A DNA stretch of 64,000 bases, from the NCBI GenBank assembly GCA_963729895.1, contig CAVSQB010000019.1:128001-192000 (forward strand), written 5' to 3'. Below are positions 60,395-64,000 of this stretch, piece by piece (the first letter of the stretch is position 1; every line of letters starts with the position of its first letter). The notes under the pieces were generated by a model that worked only from the letters and a program-made list of their open reading frames with translations, made no database searches and was not told the origin of the DNA. Origin of the DNA: an uncultured Fibrobacterota bacterium (lineage in GTDB: Bacteria; Fibrobacterota; Chitinivibrionia; Chitinivibrionales; FEN-1185). The position numbers and the translations under genes were made by a program.

Positions 60395-61825
60395 ATGGTT
60401 GTATCAATATCATGTGCAAGGTGGCCGCGTTTCCTCGCCTTTGTCTACATCATTTTGGCGTTACCGCTTGCCGCCGCGGAAAGGCCTTCCGACAAAGTAA
60501 TTGTCAACCGGATCGAAGCCGCCCTGTTCGAAGACCCAAGGGTGAGAGCGGCGGACATATCGGTCAATTCGATGAATGGGATCGTAACCCTCGACGGCTC
60601 GGTAAAAACTCTCGCGGAATTGAAATTCGCAGATCTCGAAACCAAGAAAATAAGAGGCGTCCTGGGCGTGATAGATAAATTGTCTGTTAGACCTGTTTAC
60701 CGGCTTGACGCCGAAATTCGCCAGGATTTGAGGCGCAGATTGGTCAGGAGTTCAATTATCAAATCCGAGAACCTCGGTGTTCATGTTGAGAATGGGATTG
60801 TTTATCTTAGCGGAAAAGTGGGATCCTCTGCGGAAAGGGATCAGGCGTCCCTGCTTGTGGAAGACGTTAGGGGCGTAAAAGCAATTGATAACCGCATCGA
60901 AGTAACCTACGCGATCAAAAGGTCCGACGCGGATATTCGAAAAGACATTCTCTCAAAGTATTCCCGAGATGTGTATCTTGTCGGATTGCCGATTGGAGTT
61001 ACAGTGAAGAACGGCAATGTAACGCTCACTGGAGAAATTGGAAATGAATTCGAAAAAGAACGCGCAGAGAATGACGCTGCAAATACCTTCAACGTCGCTG
61101 GGGTAAGAAATGACCTCAAGGTTACCTGGGCGAAGGCTGAGGGCGTTCGTAATGAGGCATCCGCAATTTCGGATACGGAGTTGACCGTTGCGGTAGGTAA
61201 CGAACTGAGTTGGGACACTCGTTTCGATAATCCCAAAGATATTGTGGCACTGGTCCGGCACGGCGCAATAACGTTGACCGGTTCGGTGCCGGCATTCTCC
61301 CAAAAAATGCTTGCCGAGCAGGATGTCAAGGGAATCACCGGTGTGCAATCGGTCAACAACCTTCTTCAGGTCAAGGGCGTGGAAAGAGACGACATGGGCA
61401 TCTACATGGACATACGGGACGCGATGGAGTCGGATTATTCCTTGAACGGCGTGAGGATTACCTATTATGTGGTTGACGGCGTTGCAACCCTGAAAGGCAA
61501 CGTCAACTCCGAGTATGAAAAATCACGCATTGAAAGAGATGCCGGCGGAATCATCGGCGTAAAGGACATTGATGACTACATCACTGTCGACTGGCTGCCC
61601 AAATACTCCGACGATGCTCTCAAGAACCGCATTTTCGAACGTCTCCTGTCGAATTGGGTGACGTGGCCGTTAACGAAGAGCATAATCATAAATGTCAATG
61701 AAGGAAGAGCCATCCTCACGGGAACAACCGACACCTGGGCTCAATATAATGAAGCGCAAAGGATAACAGGGCAAACCGATGGGATCAGGTCCGTTGATAA
61801 CAGGTTGGTCGTCCACGGAAGCTAG
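60395..61825 (+). CDS. Multi-BON (OsmY-like) domain protein
   Basis: Signal peptide and six G.VTL.G...GV..V.N.L repeats. Confidence 0.88.
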   Translation: MVVSISCARWPRFLAFVYIILALPLAAAERPSDKVIVNRIEAALFEDPRVRAADISVNSMNGIVTLDGSVKTLAELKFADLETKKIRGVLGVIDKLSVRPVYRLDAEIRQDLRRRLVRSSIIKSENLGVHVENGIVYLSGKVGSSAERDQASLLVEDVRGVKAIDNRIEVTYAIKRSDADIRKDILSKYSRDVYLVGLPIGVTVKNGNVTLTGEIGNEFEKERAENDAANTFNVAGVRNDLKVTWAKAEGVRNEASAISDTELTVAVGNELSWDTRFDNPKDIVALVRHGAITLTGSVPAFSQKMLAEQDVKGITGVQSVNNLLQVKGVERDDMGIYMDIRDAMESDYSLNGVRITYYVVDGVATLKGNVNSEYEKSRIERDAGGIIGVKDIDDYITVDWLPKYSDDALKNRIFERLLSNWVTWPLTKSIIINVNEGRAILTGTTDTWAQYNEAQRITGQTDGIRSVDNRLVVHGS

Positions 61826-61950
61826 GTCGCGGTTGTGTGCCGGAACCGGAGCCGTCGGAACTGGACGTGCCTGCATCCGTTGACAAAGTGCCGAGGAGAT
61901 TAGGAAGGCGGTCCCACGCGCCATACCACGCTCAGAAAGCCTACATAATT

Positions 61951-62703
61951 ATGGTTTCGTTACGCGTCGTCGTGACGGGATTGTTGATCAGCTTTACGAG
62001 AGTCGCCCTCGCCGATTCGGCCGAAAGCGATACCTTGGTAGTGCAAAACATCGCCAGGGCCTACGGCTCCGAGACGTTCGGCAATATCGCCAAGATCCGA
62101 TTCACCTTCAACCTGCAGCGTGACAAGCTGAGAGTACAACGATCGTGGGAATGGGAGCCCAAGCCCGACCGTGTGACCTATGTCAACCCGCCCGATCAAT
62201 CGCAGCCCGTTTCCTACCGGCGGGCGGATCTGCCGCCTCCGGATACCGGGCGCCTTCGCGGTATCGACAAACTATTTGTCAATGACCAGTACTGGCTTTT
62301 GTTTCCCCTGCACCTTGCCTGGGACAAGGGAATACAGATTGCGGTGGACGAACTCAAAGCCCTGCCCATCGGGTACGGATTCTGCAGGCGCGTGACCATA
62401 ACCTATCCCACGTCCGGGGGATATACTCCTGGCGACATGTACCGCATGTATATAGATGAACAATATCATATCGTGGAATGGGAATACCACAAGGGCGATT
62501 CCGTCTCCACGACCATCGCCACACGGTGGCAGAAACACCGGTGGGCGGGCCCGCTCCTGATATCCCTGGAACGGCCCGGCCCGGACAAGAGCTTCCACAT
62601 CTGGTTTACCCGTACCGCCGTAATGCTCAGGGACATCGACATTATCGCCAGCGACACGGTGATTGAGGTAAAGAGGCTTCCGCTCTGGTATCGCGCGCAG
62701 TAG
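61951..62703 (+). CDS. Exported hypothetical protein
   Basis: Signal peptide; FVNDQYWLLFP, GGYTPGD. Confidence 0.75.
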   Translation: MVSLRVVVTGLLISFTRVALADSAESDTLVVQNIARAYGSETFGNIAKIRFTFNLQRDKLRVQRSWEWEPKPDRVTYVNPPDQSQPVSYRRADLPPPDTGRLRGIDKLFVNDQYWLLFPLHLAWDKGIQIAVDELKALPIGYGFCRRVTITYPTSGGYTPGDMYRMYIDEQYHIVEWEYHKGDSVSTTIATRWQKHRWAGPLLISLERPGPDKSFHIWFTRTAVMLRDIDIIASDTVIEVKRLPLWYRAQ

Positions 62704-62757
62704 AAAACGGTGGAGCCATGAATTACGTTAACCTGCAAATTTAATGAAAGGCATGAA

Positions 62758-63213
62758 ATGACCAAGATCATTTTTTTGTCTCTATTGATGACCGTAGTGA
62801 TTCTTGACGGATGCTCTGTGCATTCGCTCAGGCACAGATTACGGATGCGGGCCCAGAGCATAGCCGCCGAAGACGACACTGCCGCTTCTCAGCGGGAGCG
62901 ATTTTTCAATGTATGTTTTCCCGCTTCAGAGCAATCGGAAATTCAGGACGATTCCTGTTTTTCCATCAGCCGAAACACCCAGTGGTATTACAGCCACCCG
63001 TATCCGCCGCACTATGCTGTGTTCCATTACCGCCAATTCGGCACTTGCCCACCGTATACATATTATACGCCGGATTGCGATTGTTGCAAGCGCGCAGGGC
63101 AGCAGAACAACTCCTCGGTATCCTCGCAAAAAACCGAGGAGGAACCAATCCATTCTTCGATAATCACAGACTCGGGAATGGCACGGACGGGCAATGGCTC
63201 CGGCAAAAATTGA
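62758..63213 (+). CDS. Hypothetical putative lipoprotein
   Basis: Hydrophobic N-terminus with LDGC; AAAGG RBS. Confidence 0.45.
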   Translation: MTKIIFLSLLMTVVILDGCSVHSLRHRLRMRAQSIAAEDDTAASQRERFFNVCFPASEQSEIQDDSCFSISRNTQWYYSHPYPPHYAVFHYRQFGTCPPYTYYTPDCDCCKRAGQQNNSSVSSQKTEEEPIHSSIITDSGMARTGNGSGKN

Positions 63214-63312
63214 AGAGACGAGGGAACAGCAACTGAACGATACAAACGGCCAGCACCCCGGGCCATGGCCGAGCGATACAACATCGCACACATTACAAAG
63301 GAGGAACTCGAA

Positions 63313-63912
63313 ATGAAATATACACGCCGTTTGCAATCTCTGGCGATGGCTCTCACGCTGGGCATGATTTCGGGATGCGCATGGTATCCCATTGCCAATA
63401 AATATGTCCACGAGGCGGCACCCGGCCTCACAGTACCGATGGTGCAGGCTGATGCAAAGAAATACACCGGCGCCATTGTCATTTGGGGAGGCATTGTGCT
63501 AAACGTTACCAACGATTCTTTGGGAAGCACCCTCTTTGTAATGGAAACCCCGCTTGACGACGAGGGATATCCCAGCAGTGCCAATCTTCCCCGTGGCAGG
63601 TTCATTGCGCACACTCCGCTTTTTCTGGATCCCGAAATATACCGGAAAGGCCGCAGGGTGACGCTTGCAGGAGAAATTACCGGCGTTTCCACCCGTAAGC
63701 TCGGGGAGGGAACGTATGCATACCCGATCCTTAAGGTCAAGGAACTGCGCTACTGGCAATATTATTCCAATTACTATTCCCCCTATGGGCCCTATTACGA
63801 CCCGTATAACGGGCCATGGTGGTACGACGACTTTGGCGTGCGTTATTACTTTGGTTTTGACGAACGTGGCCATTATTACAAACACCGTGGGTACTACGAG
63901 CACAGGCGGTAG
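63313..63912 (+). CDS. Slp family outer-membrane lipoprotein
   Basis: ISGC lipobox, VIWGGIV, GRFIA, FLDPEIY, YAYPIL. Confidence 0.88.
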   Translation: MKYTRRLQSLAMALTLGMISGCAWYPIANKYVHEAAPGLTVPMVQADAKKYTGAIVIWGGIVLNVTNDSLGSTLFVMETPLDDEGYPSSANLPRGRFIAHTPLFLDPEIYRKGRRVTLAGEITGVSTRKLGEGTYAYPILKVKELRYWQYYSNYYSPYGPYYDPYNGPWWYDDFGVRYYFGFDERGHYYKHRGYYEHRR

Positions 63913-64000
63913 GGTGAAACATTTGCTCTTTGTGCAAGAATGGAGATGCCCGCGATGAAAATCGGTCATTTCAGCATATTCACAACTGCCCTTATACTGG

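Overview
Bacterial chromosomal window; gene style (SprA-like protein, UpxY-type NusG paralogue, FGE-sulfatase protein) suggests an FCB-group organism such as Fibrobacterota, which is inference only. (1) 1-20 kb: minus-strand surface-polysaccharide locus (NusG/UpxY, two YdcF paralogues, GT2, rfbF, rfbG, C-methyltransferase, rmlC/rfbC, WbqC, divergent Wzz/Wzc-like gene). It is invaded by four intact MNT-HEPN toxin-antitoxin pairs, an orphan MNT and several TA remnants, some separated by repeated diverged copies of the rmlC 3' end, and by at least four families of structured intergenic repeats. (2) 20-36.7 kb: core genes rpmA, rplU, RNase E/G, sprA-like, folP, ftsH, tilS. (3) 36.7-54.8 kb: an 18-kb integrative, satellite-like element in a tRNA(CAU) gene, bounded by 51-bp att repeats. 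It carries integrase, excisionase, a SLOG-PRTase fusion, primase and helicase, plus defence-like cargo (type IIG RM, ATPase + RloB-like pair, DUF3800 preceded by a three-way-junction RNA). (4) 55-64 kb: envelope/periplasmic genes. Four IS elements (2x IS5, IS4, IS1380) have visible TIRs and target duplications. Best candidates for something undescribed: the DUF3800 + RNA unit, the rmlC-punctuated TA array and the SLOG-PRTase fusion.
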